Translations under genes and position numbers: made by a program | Assembly (NCBI GenBank): GCA_031260885.1 | Contig: JAISKP010000140.1 | Span: 1-63,426, forward strand | Origin: Eubacteriales Family XIII. Incertae Sedis bacterium | GTDB lineage: Bacteria > Bacillota > Clostridia > Peptostreptococcales > Anaerovoracaceae | Length of the DNA: 63,426 nucleotides | Direction: 5' to 3' | Notes under the pieces: generated by a model | The model's input: only the letters and a program-made list of their open reading frames with translations | What the model was told of the DNA's origin: nothing | Databases searched by the model: none | Shown: positions 26,849-39,326 of the stretch, piece after piece | Numbering within the stretch: position 1 is the stretch's first letter | Layout of the letters: each line of letters opens with the position of its first letter

Positions 26849-28213
26849 ATGAAAGCCTCCGAAAAAGCATCGGCTCAGAACTGGGAAAAAGTAAAGCAGA
26901 AACTCCGAGAATTTTTAGATGAAGACATCCGTTACGAGACCTGGTTCGCAGATCTGGAATGTCTCAGATATGATAAACTCTCCGAGACGCTCTATGTCGG
27001 CGTGAAGGAATCTTTTAAAAAGTCCTCCTTAGAAAACCGCTATGCGGATATGATTCTCACGAATACCAAGGAAATCTTTGACGGCGTCGAATCGATCAAG
27101 TTTCTCCTGCCCGAAGAAGCGGATATGCTTTTCGGCAACGGGAAGCTGTCCGACGACGAGGATATTCGTTACGACAATATGCTGAACCCCCGTTATAATT
27201 TCAGAACCTTCATCGAAGGCGAGAACAACCGGTTCGCATACGGCGCAGCGAAAGCCGTTGCGGAAGCCGCGATCAACCCAAAAGAGAGCATGAATCCGCT
27301 CTTTATCTACGGCGCCTCCGGTCTCGGAAAAACGCACCTGATGCATGCAATCGGAAATTACGTTTATGAAAAATATCCGAAACTGAAGGTAATGTACGTT
27401 TCTTCTGAGATGTTCACACAGGATTTCATCAACGCTTCCATGAATAAAACGATGAAATCTTTCAAAACGAAATACCGAAATGTCGACATTCTGATGATCG
27501 ATGACATTCAGTTTATTGTTGAAAAAGAAAAGACCGTTGAGGAAGTTTTCAACACCTACAACACCCTTTACGGGATGAATAAGCAGCTCGTTTTTTCAAG
27601 CGACCGCCCGCCGAAAGAGCTGCTCGGCTTCGATGAGCGCCTGCTTTCACGCCTTTCTTCGGGATTGATCGTAGACCTTAAACCGCCGGCTTTCGAAATC
27701 AAGGTGGCGATCCTTCGCAACAAAGCAAAGCTGGACAACATCGAACTTTCAGAGGGATTACTCGAGGTAATCGACGTCATTGCTGAAAAAATAAAGTCCA
27801 ACATTCGGGAAATGGAAGGCGCTTTTAATCGTGTGGTCGTCTACAGTACGCTCAGCGGAAACCCGATCAATAAGATGCTTGCCCGTCAGGTTTTAAGCGA
27901 TGTTTTTTCCTCAACCGACGTAAAACCCACCGCAGACGCCATCAAAAAAAAGGTTGCGCGGTATTACAACATTAAGGTTTCAGACCTTGATTCTTCAAAC
28001 AGGGCGCGGCAATTTTCTTTTCCTAGGCAAATTGCGATGTATCTCTGCCGGGAAATGACGGATTTATCTCTTCCACAAACCGGAAACGCCTTCGGCGGTA
28101 GAGATCACACGACGGTTCTTCACGCATGTGATAAAATAAATAAAATGATCATTGCGGATGAAAATATGGAATACATTATCGGTGAATTAAAGGATCTTGT
28201 TATGAATATATAA
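26849..28213 (+). CDS. dnaA: Chromosomal replication initiator protein DnaA
   Basis: AAA+ motifs are present (NPLFIYGASGLGKTHLMHAIGN, DILMIDDIQF). The domain IV DNA-binding helix is RQIAMYLCREMT...GGRDHTTVLHA. Confidence 0.97.
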   Translation: MKASEKASAQNWEKVKQKLREFLDEDIRYETWFADLECLRYDKLSETLYVGVKESFKKSSLENRYADMILTNTKEIFDGVESIKFLLPEEADMLFGNGKLSDDEDIRYDNMLNPRYNFRTFIEGENNRFAYGAAKAVAEAAINPKESMNPLFIYGASGLGKTHLMHAIGNYVYEKYPKLKVMYVSSEMFTQDFINASMNKTMKSFKTKYRNVDILMIDDIQFIVEKEKTVEEVFNTYNTLYGMNKQLVFSSDRPPKELLGFDERLLSRLSSGLIVDLKPPAFEIKVAILRNKAKLDNIELSEGLLEVIDVIAEKIKSNIREMEGAFNRVVVYSTLSGNPINKMLARQVLSDVFSSTDVKPTADAIKKKVARYYNIKVSDLDSSNRARQFSFPRQIAMYLCREMTDLSLPQTGNAFGGRDHTTVLHACDKINKMIIADENMEYIIGELKDLVMNI

Positions 28214-28440
28214 GAACCTTTTCACAAACTAAAGAATAAAAATGAAAAGTTATAAACTTATTCATAACTTATGAAAGACTTATCAACAGGAGAAAAAGGA
28301 TAAAAAGTGTTGATTTTTACTTATCCACAGCATTTATCAACAAATCCACAAGCATAACAATAAAAACAAAAACAGTTTATATGAAAAGGAAAAACACGGA
28401 AGGGTCTGAAAGTTTTTCGTGGTGCAAATGGGAGGTAAAA
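28214..28440. other. oriC: oriC part 2: dnaA-dnaN intergenic region with a DnaA-box cluster and AT-rich flanks
   Basis: There is one perfect TTATCCACA (28321-28329). TTATCAACA occurs twice (28280-28288, 28334-28342) and AAATCCACA once (28342-28350). AT-rich stretches lie at 28214-28280 and 28350-28380. Confidence 0.8.
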
Positions 28441-29562
28441 ATGAAATTCATATGTGAACAAGAAAAGTTGGTAAGGGCGATCAATATTGTATACAAAGCT
28501 GTTTCGTCCAGAACGACACTTCCCATTCTAAAGGGAATTCTCATCACCTGCGAGGCGGGAAAAAATGAAATTCATATGTCTGCATCCGATCTTGAAATAA
28601 GCATTGAAACAAAAACGGAAGCGATCGTAGAAAGAAGTGGGTCGATTGTCGTCTCTGCAGTATATTTTTCGGACTTAACAAGGCGCCTTCCGGAAGGAAA
28701 TGTTTCGGTGGAAGTAAATGAAAAAGACATCGTAGAAACAAAAAGCGGAGAGGTAGAATTTACGCTGCAGGGCATCCCGTCTGCGGAATTTCCAAGAATA
28801 GAGGAGAAAGAAGAAGGCATTCACTTTTCACTTGATAAAGAAATGCTGAACAATATGATCAAAGGAACGGTATTTGCAGCCAGCACGGAAGAGGCGAGAG
28901 GGATCATTACAGGATCTCTTATTGAAGTAAAAAAAGAAGAAATTTCAATGGTGGCGCTTGATGGATTCAGGCTTGCATTGATGAGAGAAAGAATATCCGG
29001 CAATGAAGAAAAGAATATTATCGTATCTGCACGGGTGATTTCAAAGATCGGAAAACTCTTTTCAGAGACAGAAGGCGAAGAGGATGTGTCGGTGACGGTT
29101 GGAGAAAAAAAGGTCTGGTTCTCAATTAAAGAAACAAAGATCGCCGCGAGGCTTCTGGAGGGGGAGTTTATAAAATATAAGGAAGTTCTGCCAAAAGAAA
29201 ATAAAACAAAAGTGAAAATGGACCGAAAAGAAGTTCTCGAAAACGTCGAGCGCGCCGCGGCAATTGTAAGAGAAGGAAAAAATTCATTTATCCGGTTTTC
29301 GGTCACGGACGAAGAACTGATTGTTTCTTCAAGAGCGGATGAAGGAACGACGAGAGGTGTGATCAAAACGGAAAAGGAAGGAGAAAATCTCGAAATCGGA
29401 TTTAATGCACGATTTTTAGGGGATATGTTGAAAGCGATTCCGGATAAGGATATTGTGATGGAATTCAACACGAGCATCAGTCCGTGTCTTGTGAAGCCGA
29501 CGTCGGGAAACCACTACGAATATTTAATTTTGCCGATCCGCCTATCTTCGTCAAATATTTAA
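28441..29562 (+). CDS. dnaN: DNA polymerase III beta sliding clamp
   Basis: MKFICEQEKLVRAINIVYKAVSSRTTLPILKGILI... is preceded by GGGAGG. The track ORF starts 60 nt earlier, inside the AT-rich origin region. Confidence 0.95.
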   Translation: MKFICEQEKLVRAINIVYKAVSSRTTLPILKGILITCEAGKNEIHMSASDLEISIETKTEAIVERSGSIVVSAVYFSDLTRRLPEGNVSVEVNEKDIVETKSGEVEFTLQGIPSAEFPRIEEKEEGIHFSLDKEMLNNMIKGTVFAASTEEARGIITGSLIEVKKEEISMVALDGFRLALMRERISGNEEKNIIVSARVISKIGKLFSETEGEEDVSVTVGEKKVWFSIKETKIAARLLEGEFIKYKEVLPKENKTKVKMDRKEVLENVERAAAIVREGKNSFIRFSVTDEELIVSSRADEGTTRGVIKTEKEGENLEIGFNARFLGDMLKAIPDKDIVMEFNTSISPCLVKPTSGNHYEYLILPIRLSSSNI

Positions 29563-29581
29563 CAGTGGTAAACAAGGTACC

Positions 29582-30676
29582 GTGTATATCGAAAAAATCA
29601 GTCTAAAGAATTTTAGAAATTATAAAGAGGAATGTATCTCTTTTGACAGAAACGTCAATATCATTACGGGAAAAAACGGACAGGGAAAAACAAACCTGAT
29701 TGAGGCGGTACAGATTCTCTCACTCGGAAAATCCTTCCGAACGCTCATAGATGCGGAGATGATCCGTTTCGGCGCGGATTTTTTTCACGTAAAAGGTGCG
29801 TTTTTCAAACAGGAAGAACCGCTTTCTGTGGAAATCCAATATTCAAAAAAAGAAAAACGCATCAAGGTAGACGGCGCGGAGAAACGGAAAAACGCCGACC
29901 TGCTCGAAAATGTCTACACGGTCGTTTTTTCACCCGAGGATTTAAAGATCGTCGCAGAAGATCCTGAAAAGAGAAGAAAGTTTTTAGATCGGGAGCTTTT
30001 TCAGCTGAAGCCGCTTTATTACACGCAGCTCAACTTATATAAAAAGGCATTGGTAAACAGAAACAGCGTGCTGAAAGAAGAACGTCCGGATGACGGTCTT
30101 CTGGATGTCTACGATAAGGTTCTTTCTGAAAGCGGCGCAAAGATCATCCTTGAGCGGGCACAGTTTACGGAAAAGCTTCATGAAATCAGTGCGGAGATCG
30201 GCGCGAGGATTTCAGGAGGAAAAGAAGATATTTCAGTGTTGTATGATCCGGATATCGATCCGGAAGCTTCGGAATCCATTGAGGCGGCGATCCGTGAAAA
30301 ACTTCAAAAAAGCAGAGCGCGGGATAAAGAACGAAGAACGACGACGGCGGGACCCCACTTGGATGATCTAAAAATAACAACGAGCGGCATCGATCTGCGC
30401 CGATACGGTTCTCGCGGGCAGCAGCGCACGGCGGCGCTCGCCCTGAAGCTCGCCGAGCTGCGCATCCTTAAAGAAGAAACAGGAGAAGACGCCATTCTCC
30501 TGCTGGACGATGTATTGTCAGAACTTGATGAGGAAAGACAGAAATTTCTCATCCGATCCTTCGAAAACAGCCAGTTGATTATCACAGCTGCCGGCGTGAG
30601 TGGGCGTATGGGAAAAAAGCTTTCCGGCGGAAGTCGGTATCTTGTGGATTCCGGAAAAATCGTACGGAACGAATAG
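29582..30676 (+). CDS. recF: DNA replication and repair protein RecF
   Basis: Walker A (ITGKNGQGKTNLIEA), the SMC-like signature (GSRGQQRTAALALKLAE) and Walker B (ILLLDDVLSELD) are present. The start is GTG. Confidence 0.95.
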   Translation: MYIEKISLKNFRNYKEECISFDRNVNIITGKNGQGKTNLIEAVQILSLGKSFRTLIDAEMIRFGADFFHVKGAFFKQEEPLSVEIQYSKKEKRIKVDGAEKRKNADLLENVYTVVFSPEDLKIVAEDPEKRRKFLDRELFQLKPLYYTQLNLYKKALVNRNSVLKEERPDDGLLDVYDKVLSESGAKIILERAQFTEKLHEISAEIGARISGGKEDISVLYDPDIDPEASESIEAAIREKLQKSRARDKERRTTTAGPHLDDLKITTSGIDLRRYGSRGQQRTAALALKLAELRILKEETGEDAILLLDDVLSELDEERQKFLIRSFENSQLIITAAGVSGRMGKKLSGGSRYLVDSGKIVRNE

Positions 30677-30762
30677 GCGATAGCGCAGGGTTCGGCGGGA
30701 AAAGGGTTGTGTGCAGGGTGTTTTACAAAAGCGCATTTACAAAAGCGCCGCGCACAAACCCC

Positions 30763-30791
30763 TTGGAGTAATCGTGTTTTTATGCTATAAT
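30763..30791 (+). promoter_or_regulatory. Putative sigma-A promoter for gyrB-gyrA with an extended -10
   Basis: TTGGAG-17 nt-TATAAT with TGc immediately upstream of the -10 (tatgcTATAAT). It lies about 145 nt upstream of gyrB. Confidence 0.6.
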
Positions 30792-30880
30792 TTCAGCATA
30801 TGAAAAAGGCACGGATTCAAAAAAAAGAGGGATGTATTTTCGGCAGGGAAGCTGCGCTTCCTTGCTTCTATTTTTAATGA

Positions 30881-32857
<1,977 letters not shown>

Positions 32858-32991
32858 GAGACCTAACCCGATTCCTGAAAGGAATCGTTGGTAGGTCCTC
32901 GGTCAGGAATTCACGGCTTAGGCCGTACAGGCCAAAATCTATGATTTTGTGAATTCTACGGCCAGGAAGAAGTATAACGAAAGGCTGAAAC

Positions 32992-35454
32992 ATGGACAAC
33001 CAAATCGATGAAATGAAGCTGGAACAACACGAGGTTCACGATGAAATGCGCCACTCGTATATCGACTATGCGATGAGCGTCATCGTCGGTCGTGCGCTGC
33101 CGGATGTCCGCGACGGACTCAAGCCCGTCCACAGAAGGATCCTGTACGGTATGTCACAGCTCGGTCTGACCCCGGATAAAGCGTTTAAGAAGTCGGCGCG
33201 TATCGTCGGTGACGTCATGGGTAAATACCATCCGCACGGCGACTCGTCCGTATACGATGCGATGGTGCGTATGGCGCAGGACTTCTCGATCCGGTATCAG
33301 CTCGTCGACGGTCACGGCAACTTCGGCTCGGTCGACGGGGACAGCGCTGCTGCCATGCGTTACACGGAAGCGCGCATGACGCCGTTTGCGCTCGAGATGC
33401 TGCGTGACATCGAGAAGAACACCGTCGATTTCATGCCGAACTTCGACGGCGATGAAGAGGAACCGATCGTTCTGCCTTCGCGGTATCCGAATCTGCTTGT
33501 AAACGGCTCAAACGGCATCGCGGTCGGTATGGCGACATCCATTCCGCCTCACAACCTGAGAGATGTCATCGATGCAACCGTAAAACTCATCGACGATCCC
33601 GAAACGGATATCGACGACCTGATCAAAATCATAAAAGGTCCGGACTTTCCGACGGGTGCGATCATTCTCGGAAAACGCGGTGCAAGGGAAGCCTATAAGA
33701 CCGGACGCGGTTCCGTTCTCGTGCGCTCCCGCACGGAGATCGAGGAAACGAAGAAAGGCAAGCAGCAGATCATCGTCACGGAGATTCCGTATCAGGTAAA
33801 CAAGTCGCGGCTGCTCGAAAAAATCGCAGAACTGATCCGAGATAAAAAAATCGACGGCATTTCGGATTTCCGAGATGAATCCAACCGGGAAGGAACGCGC
33901 ATCGTCATCGAACTCAAGCGCGATGCAAATCCGCAGATCACGCTGAACAGACTTTTCAAACAGACACAACTTCAGGAAAGCTACAGCATGATCATGATCG
34001 CCCTCGTGAACGGCGAACCGAAACTGCTCACCTTAAAGGATATTCTCGTGGAATATCTGAAACATCAGAAGGACGTCATTACGCGCAGAACGATCTTTGA
34101 TCTTGCGAAGGCGGAGGCGCGGGCACATATCTTAGAAGGGCTGCTCATCGCCCTCGACAACATCGATGAAGTCATCAAGACGATCCGCGCGAGTTACAAC
34201 GATGCAAAAGAAAAACTCATGGAGCGCTTCAGGCTCAGTGAGCTTCAGGCGCAGGCGATTTTAGACATGCGGCTCGCTCGTCTGCAGGGACTCGAACGTG
34301 AAAAGATCGAAAAGGAATATGCGGAGCTCCAGCGACTGATCGCCTATTACAAGGAACTCCTCGAAGACGCGTCGAAACTCATGCAGGTCATCAAGGAAGA
34401 GCTTGAGGAGATTAAAAAGAAGTACGGCGACGCGAGAAGAACGGAAATCGCTGCGGCGACCGCCGAAATCGAGGAGGAGGATCTCATCGAGGAGGGACAG
34501 GTTGCGATCACGCTCACGCACCTCGGCTACATCAAGCGCGTCGATGCGGATGTCTTCAAAACGCAGCGGCGCGGCGGAAGAGGCATCATGGGGCTTTCAA
34601 CGCGGGAAAACGATTTTGTTCGCGATCTGATCATCACCTCGACGCACGACTACCTGATGTTCTTTACAAACACGGGAAAAGTACATAAAATAAAGGCATA
34701 CGAGATACCGGAAGCGCAGCGAACGGCACGCGGCACGCCTGCGATCAATTTCCTCAGCTTGATGCAGCGGGAACGGATCACGGCGGTCATGCCGATACGC
34801 GAATTTCCGGAGGATAAATATCTGATCGCGGTCACAAAAAAGGGTACGATCAAGAAGACATCTCTCTCGGAGTTTGACACGAACAGGAAGAACGGTCTGA
34901 TCGCGATCAAGCTGAAAGACGGCGACGAGATGATCGGGATCAAGCAGTCGACCGGGTCGAACATTGTTATTGTTGTAACAAAGAACGGCAAGAGCATCAG
35001 CTTCGAAGAGAACGATGTGAGGCCCATGGGCAGACTCGCAGGTGGCGTCCGAGCGATCAAGCTGGATGCCGACGACGAGGTCGTGGCGATGGATCTGGCG
35101 GAGCCGCACGAACAGCTTCTCGTCGTGACGAAGAACGGGTTCGGCAAACGAACCGATGTGGAGGACTACAAAGTTCAGACCAGAGGCGGCAAGGGCGTTC
35201 TCACCTACGATAAGGCGAAGTTTAAGAAGACCGGCGAGTTGATCGGTGCGACTGTTGTAAACAACGATGATGAACTGCTTCTGATCAATTCCGACGGCAT
35301 CATCATAAGAATCGGTATGGATGACGTAAAGCCGCTCGGCAGGGCGACGCAGGGCGTCAAAATCATGAAGGTCGGTGACGACGCGCAGCTCATCGCGCTC
35401 GCGAAGGTCGTAAAGGACGCCGATGAAGAAGAAGGTACGGAAACGGACGAATAA
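32992..35454 (+). CDS. gyrA: DNA gyrase subunit A
   Basis: The QRDR region is [29 protein letters not shown]. The active-site [10 protein letters not shown], the GyrA-box QRRGGRGI and the C-terminal beta-pinwheel repeats are all present. Confidence 0.97.
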   Translation: MDNQIDEMKLEQHEVHDEMRHSYIDYAMSVIVGRALPDVRDGLKPVHRRILYGMSQLGLTPDKAFKKSARIVGDVMGKYHPHGDSSVYDAMVRMAQDFSIRYQLVDGHGNFGSVDGDSAAAMRYTEARMTPFALEMLRDIEKNTVDFMPNFDGDEEEPIVLPSRYPNLLVNGSNGIAVGMATSIPPHNLRDVIDATVKLIDDPETDIDDLIKIIKGPDFPTGAIILGKRGAREAYKTGRGSVLVRSRTEIEETKKGKQQIIVTEIPYQVNKSRLLEKIAELIRDKKIDGISDFRDESNREGTRIVIELKRDANPQITLNRLFKQTQLQESYSMIMIALVNGEPKLLTLKDILVEYLKHQKDVITRRTIFDLAKAEARAHILEGLLIALDNIDEVIKTIRASYNDAKEKLMERFRLSELQAQAILDMRLARLQGLEREKIEKEYAELQRLIAYYKELLEDASKLMQVIKEELEEIKKKYGDARRTEIAAATAEIEEEDLIEEGQVAITLTHLGYIKRVDADVFKTQRRGGRGIMGLSTRENDFVRDLIITSTHDYLMFFTNTGKVHKIKAYEIPEAQRTARGTPAINFLSLMQRERITAVMPIREFPEDKYLIAVTKKGTIKKTSLSEFDTNRKNGLIAIKLKDGDEMIGIKQSTGSNIVIVVTKNGKSISFEENDVRPMGRLAGGVRAIKLDADDEVVAMDLAEPHEQLLVVTKNGFGKRTDVEDYKVQTRGGKGVLTYDKAKFKKTGELIGATVVNNDDELLLINSDGIIIRIGMDDVKPLGRATQGVKIMKVGDDAQLIALAKVVKDADEEEGTETDE

Positions 35455-35513
35455 TCGCGGCGCAGGAATCGGAACATAAGTCAAAACACATAGGAACTGG
35501 TGGAGGAACAAAG

Positions 35514-35822
35514 ATGTCATTGATCATAAACGGGAATTTCGATGAAGCCGAAAGCCGTTGGAATTTTCGTCTTGCGGGGGAGATAGACATATCAAATGCG
35601 CTCCAGCTCAAAAAACAGCTTGAAACGGCTTATGCTGCGCGCGCCGCAGACATTTACATCAACGTAGGCGATTTAAGCTATATCGACAGCACGGGTCTGG
35701 GTATTATCATCGGCATCTACGGAACCATTCATAAAAGCGGTTATAGGATCGTTCTCCTCGAACCGAAAGAAAACGTAAAGAAGCTGCTGAAAATAACGAA
35801 CTTGGATAAAGTTCTGAGTTAG
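35514..35822 (+). CDS. spoIIAA: Anti-sigma F factor antagonist SpoIIAA (STAS domain)
   Basis: A 102-aa STAS protein with the phosphorylatable-serine motif DLSYIDSTGLG. It lies upstream of spoIIAB-sigF. Confidence 0.9.
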   Translation: MSLIINGNFDEAESRWNFRLAGEIDISNALQLKKQLETAYAARAADIYINVGDLSYIDSTGLGIIIGIYGTIHKSGYRIVLLEPKENVKKLLKITNLDKVLS

Positions 35823-35887
35823 CAGAAGCTTTCATCAAATTTAAAACTTGGGGAATTTGAGAAGCGCCATTAAACAAGGAGAAGGCC

Positions 35888-36301
35888 ATGACAGATACGC
35901 TCAAACTATCAGTGCCGGTCAAACCGGAATATGTGGGAACCGTGCGGCTTGCAATATCATCTCTTGCAAACAAAGCCGGTTTTGACATTGAAGCGATCGA
36001 AGACATCAAAGTGGCGGTCTCCGAAGCCTGTTCAAATATCGTCTGCCACAGTACGATCGATGAAGATCGCCTCTACAATGTCATCTGTGAAATTTTCAGC
36101 GACAGATTATCGATTTCGGTGGAAGATGAAGGCGTTGGCTTCGATGTGAACAATATCCCGGAACCGGACTTAAGCGAGCATACGGGCAGTGGTCTCGGTG
36201 TTTTTATCATTCGGGCGCTTATGGACGAGGTCGACGTGTCTTCCAAAGTCGGAAGCGGTACCAGCATTAGGATGGTCAAGTACCTTCCGGAGACGGTATA
36301 A
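35888..36301 (+). CDS. spoIIAB: Anti-sigma F factor SpoIIAB (serine protein kinase)
   Basis: A GHKL-type kinase with an N box (AVSEACSNIVCH) and G boxes (DEGVGF, GSGLGVFI). Confidence 0.9.
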   Translation: MTDTLKLSVPVKPEYVGTVRLAISSLANKAGFDIEAIEDIKVAVSEACSNIVCHSTIDEDRLYNVICEIFSDRLSISVEDEGVGFDVNNIPEPDLSEHTGSGLGVFIIRALMDEVDVSSKVGSGTSIRMVKYLPETV

Positions 36302-36310
36302 GGAACGGGC

Positions 36311-37078
36311 ATGTCCACAACTGATACCGGCAGCACAACCAATAACAGCACGAAACAGCTGTTTGACGAATACGGCAAGAAAAGAGATTCGGAAACGAGA
36401 AACAAGATCGTCGAATCATATCTGTACCTTGTCGATATCCTGATTCGCAAGTACACGAATAAAGGCATCGAGACCGACGATCTGTTTCAGGTCGGTTCGA
36501 TGGCGCTCGTGATGGCCGTGGAGCGATTTGATCCGTCAAAAGGATTTGAGTTTTCGAGTTTTGCGACGCCTACGATCATCGGTGAAATCAAGCGCTACTT
36601 CCGCGATAAGGGTTGGGCGATGAAGGTACCGCGGAAATTGAAAGAAATTTCGCTCCTCCTGCCGGCGGCTCGGGAAGCGTTGCAGATTCGCTTGCAGCGT
36701 GTGCCGACGATTCCGGAATTGTCAGAGGAGATCGGATATTCCGAAGAAGATATCTTGGAAGCCTTGGAAATTGGTCAAAACTACAACGTCTACACGCTCA
36801 GCCAGATGACAGAAGAGCAGAGCGACGCCGGCGAGCATTCCGGTATTGAGAAATTTACGGGGATACAGGAGCAGGGCTACGAAAACTTCGAAACCGAAGA
36901 TTTTATAAAATCACTGATGAACGGCATGTCTGATCGGGAACGAGAAATTTTCCAAGAACGGCTTCTGAACGGACGAACGCAGCAGGAAGTCGCCGAGGCG
37001 CTCGGTGTGAGCCAAATGACGGTGTCCCGGATGGAAAACGAAATAAAAAGCAAATTCAGAACGGAATTTTTCAAATGA
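36311..37078 (+). CDS. sigF: Sporulation sigma factor SigF
   Basis: A sigma-70 family protein with regions 2 (DLFQVGSMALVMAVERFDP...FSSFATPTIIGEIKRYFRD), 3 and 4 (TQQEVAEALGVSQMTVSRME). The identity is assigned from its position after spoIIAA/AB. Confidence 0.9.
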   Translation: MSTTDTGSTTNNSTKQLFDEYGKKRDSETRNKIVESYLYLVDILIRKYTNKGIETDDLFQVGSMALVMAVERFDPSKGFEFSSFATPTIIGEIKRYFRDKGWAMKVPRKLKEISLLLPAAREALQIRLQRVPTIPELSEEIGYSEEDILEALEIGQNYNVYTLSQMTEEQSDAGEHSGIEKFTGIQEQGYENFETEDFIKSLMNGMSDREREIFQERLLNGRTQQEVAEALGVSQMTVSRMENEIKSKFRTEFFK

Positions 37079-38064
37079 CAAAGCGTGTATTTTCGGGTGT
37101 ACAACCCACGGGAAATATCCATATCGGCAATTACCTCGGCGCACTCAAACAGTTTGTACAGCTTCAGGATGACAACGACTGCATTTACTGTATTGTCGAT
37201 CTTCACGCGATCACCGTCCCGAAGGATCCGAAGATCCTCCGAGAGAATATTCTCGATGTGGCGGCGCTCTATCTTGCGGTCGGACTCGATCCGGAGAAAT
37301 CCATTATCTTTGTACAATCGGACGTTTCGGGTCACGCGGAACTCGCGTGGATTCTCATGTGCAATGCGTACACGGGAGAGCTTTCACGCATGACACAGTT
37401 TAAAGACAAAAGCAGGAACAGCGAATCGGCACCGACCGGACTCTTTGCCTACCCCGTGCTGATGGCAGCGGACATTCTGCTCTACGACAGCGATGTCGTA
37501 CCGGTCGGGAACGATCAGAAGCAGCACATCGAACTGACGCGAGACCTTGCGATCCGCGTGAACAACAAATACGGCGACGACACCTTCGTCGTTCCGGAAG
37601 GGCGCTTCCTCAAAGAAGGTGCACGCATCATGGCGCTCGATGATCCGACTGCCAAGATGAGCAAGAGCGCGGAGAACCCGCTCAGCCGTATCTCTCTTCT
37701 GGATGACGATGCGAAGATCAAAAAGGCGATTATGAAATCGACAACAGACAGTGACGGGCTCATTCGGTTTGATCTTGAAAACAAGCCCGGCGTCAGCAAT
37801 CTTCTTACTATATATAGTGTGTTTTCAGGAACGCCTATCGCGGATCTTGAGAAACAATATGAAGGTATCGGCTACGGCACCTTCAAGAACGATCTCGTCG
37901 AGGTGACTTCGGGCGCGCTTGCGCCGATCCGAAAACGATTCGAGGAAATCCGTCTGTCAGGCGAATTGATTGACACGCTGAAGGATGGTGCGGAACGAGC
38001 AAATGAAGCAGCGGAAATCGTTATGCGCCGCGTCCGGAACAAATTCGGTCTGGGGGTTCGCTGA
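37075..38064 (+). CDS. trpS: Tryptophan--tRNA ligase
   Basis: The class I HIGH motif (PTGNIHIGNYLG) and KMSKS (AKMSKS) are present. The start overlaps the sigF stop (ATGA). Confidence 0.95.
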   Translation: MTKRVFSGVQPTGNIHIGNYLGALKQFVQLQDDNDCIYCIVDLHAITVPKDPKILRENILDVAALYLAVGLDPEKSIIFVQSDVSGHAELAWILMCNAYTGELSRMTQFKDKSRNSESAPTGLFAYPVLMAADILLYDSDVVPVGNDQKQHIELTRDLAIRVNNKYGDDTFVVPEGRFLKEGARIMALDDPTAKMSKSAENPLSRISLLDDDAKIKKAIMKSTTDSDGLIRFDLENKPGVSNLLTIYSVFSGTPIADLEKQYEGIGYGTFKNDLVEVTSGALAPIRKRFEEIRLSGELIDTLKDGAERANEAAEIVMRRVRNKFGLGVR

Positions 38065-38107
38065 TATCCGCTGATATCCGCGAAACGAAATTGAAAGGAA
38101 AGAAAAG

Positions 38108-39295
38108 ATGAAAAGGTATTTCACATCGGAATCGGTTACGGAAGGTCACCCGGATAAAGTATGCGATCAAATTTCGGATGCAATCCTTGATGCGATCCTC
38201 GAACAGGACAAAGCCGGGCGTGTCGCCGCGGAGACCATGGTGACGACAGGCCTGACATTTGTCGTCGGAGAGGTTACGACGAACGTTTACGTGGACATTC
38301 CGAAAATCATCAAGGGCGTCATCCGCGATATCGGTTACACCAAGAGTGAGTACGGCTTCGATGATAAAACCGTTGCGGTGATGACATCGATTCACGAACA
38401 GTCTCCCGATATCAAACAGGGCGTCGATGAAGCGGAAGAATACAGAGACGGCGTTCAGAAGGATGAATTGGAAACGACAGGTGCCGGAGACCAAGGGATC
38501 ATGTTCGGTTACGCATGTAATGAGACACCGGAACTCATGCCGCTGCCGATCAGCCTCGCGCATAAGCTCGCGCTGCGGCTCACGGAAGTCCGCAAAAACG
38601 GAACCTTGCCGTATCTGAGGCCGGACGGGAAGACTCAGGTAACGATCGAATACGATGATGGAAAACCCGTGCGTGTCGACACGATCCTCATTTCAGCGCA
38701 ACACGACCCGGATGTCTCACAGGAAACGATCAAGAAAGATCTTTTTGAGCATGTTGTGAAACCGATCATTCCCGCAGAATTCATCGATGCGAATACCAAA
38801 TATCACATCAATCCGACGGGCAGCTTCGTGCTTGGCGGACCCGCGGGAGATTCGGGATTGACGGGGCGGAAGATCATCGTCGATACCTACGGCGGCTATG
38901 CGAAACACGGCGGCGGGTGCTTCTCCGGAAAAGACCCGACAAAGGTCGACCGTTCTGCGAGCTATGCGGCTCGCTACGCCGCAAAAAATATCGTCGCGGC
39001 GGGACTTGCGGATCAGTGTGAAATAGAGCTTTCTTATGCCATCGGAATGGCAGAACCTCTGTCAATTCTCGTGGATACGCAGGGGACAGGGAAGATCGCA
39101 GACGATAAGCTGGTGGAGCTGGTCAGCGCGCATTTCGATTTTCGTCCGGCGGCGATTATCAGAGATCTCGATCTGAGAAGACCGCTCTACCGCAACGTCG
39201 CCGCATATGGGCACTTCGGAAGACCGGATCTCGATCTGCCGTGGGAAAAGACAGATAAGGCGGAAGCGCTTGCCGCTGCGGCTGAGAATTTATAA
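38108..39295 (+). CDS. metK: S-adenosylmethionine synthase
   Basis: [37 protein letters not shown] and the [17 protein letters not shown] signature are present. Confidence 0.97.
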   Translation: MKRYFTSESVTEGHPDKVCDQISDAILDAILEQDKAGRVAAETMVTTGLTFVVGEVTTNVYVDIPKIIKGVIRDIGYTKSEYGFDDKTVAVMTSIHEQSPDIKQGVDEAEEYRDGVQKDELETTGAGDQGIMFGYACNETPELMPLPISLAHKLALRLTEVRKNGTLPYLRPDGKTQVTIEYDDGKPVRVDTILISAQHDPDVSQETIKKDLFEHVVKPIIPAEFIDANTKYHINPTGSFVLGGPAGDSGLTGRKIIVDTYGGYAKHGGGCFSGKDPTKVDRSASYAARYAAKNIVAAGLADQCEIELSYAIGMAEPLSILVDTQGTGKIADDKLVELVSAHFDFRPAAIIRDLDLRRPLYRNVAAYGHFGRPDLDLPWEKTDKAEALAAAAENL

Positions 39296-39326
39296 AGTCA
39301 AGAAAAGAACGAAGTAAAGGAATGCA

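Noticed and set aside
28381-28440. A 20-codon N-terminal extension of dnaN (MKRKNTEGSESFSWCKWEVK).
   Set aside because: The conserved clamp N-terminus starts at MKFICEQ with a GGGAGG SD directly upstream. The extension lies in the AT-rich origin region.
30801-30875. The gyrB leader contains a 25-codon ORF (MKKARIQKKEGCIFGREAALPCFYF*) ending in a small hairpin (ggaagc-tgc-gcttcc) followed by a T-rich tract. This could be a leader-peptide attenuator.
   Set aside because: The stem is only 6-7 bp with a 3-nt loop, the T-run is interrupted, and the ORF has no clear SD. It is too weak to call without transcript data.
38065-38107. The spacers before metK (43 nt) and aspartate kinase (31 nt, 39296-39326) were checked for SAM-I and lysine riboswitches. 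The start of trpS was checked for a T-box.
   Set aside because: The spacers are far too short and contain no conserved riboswitch cores. The absence itself is reported as a finding instead.
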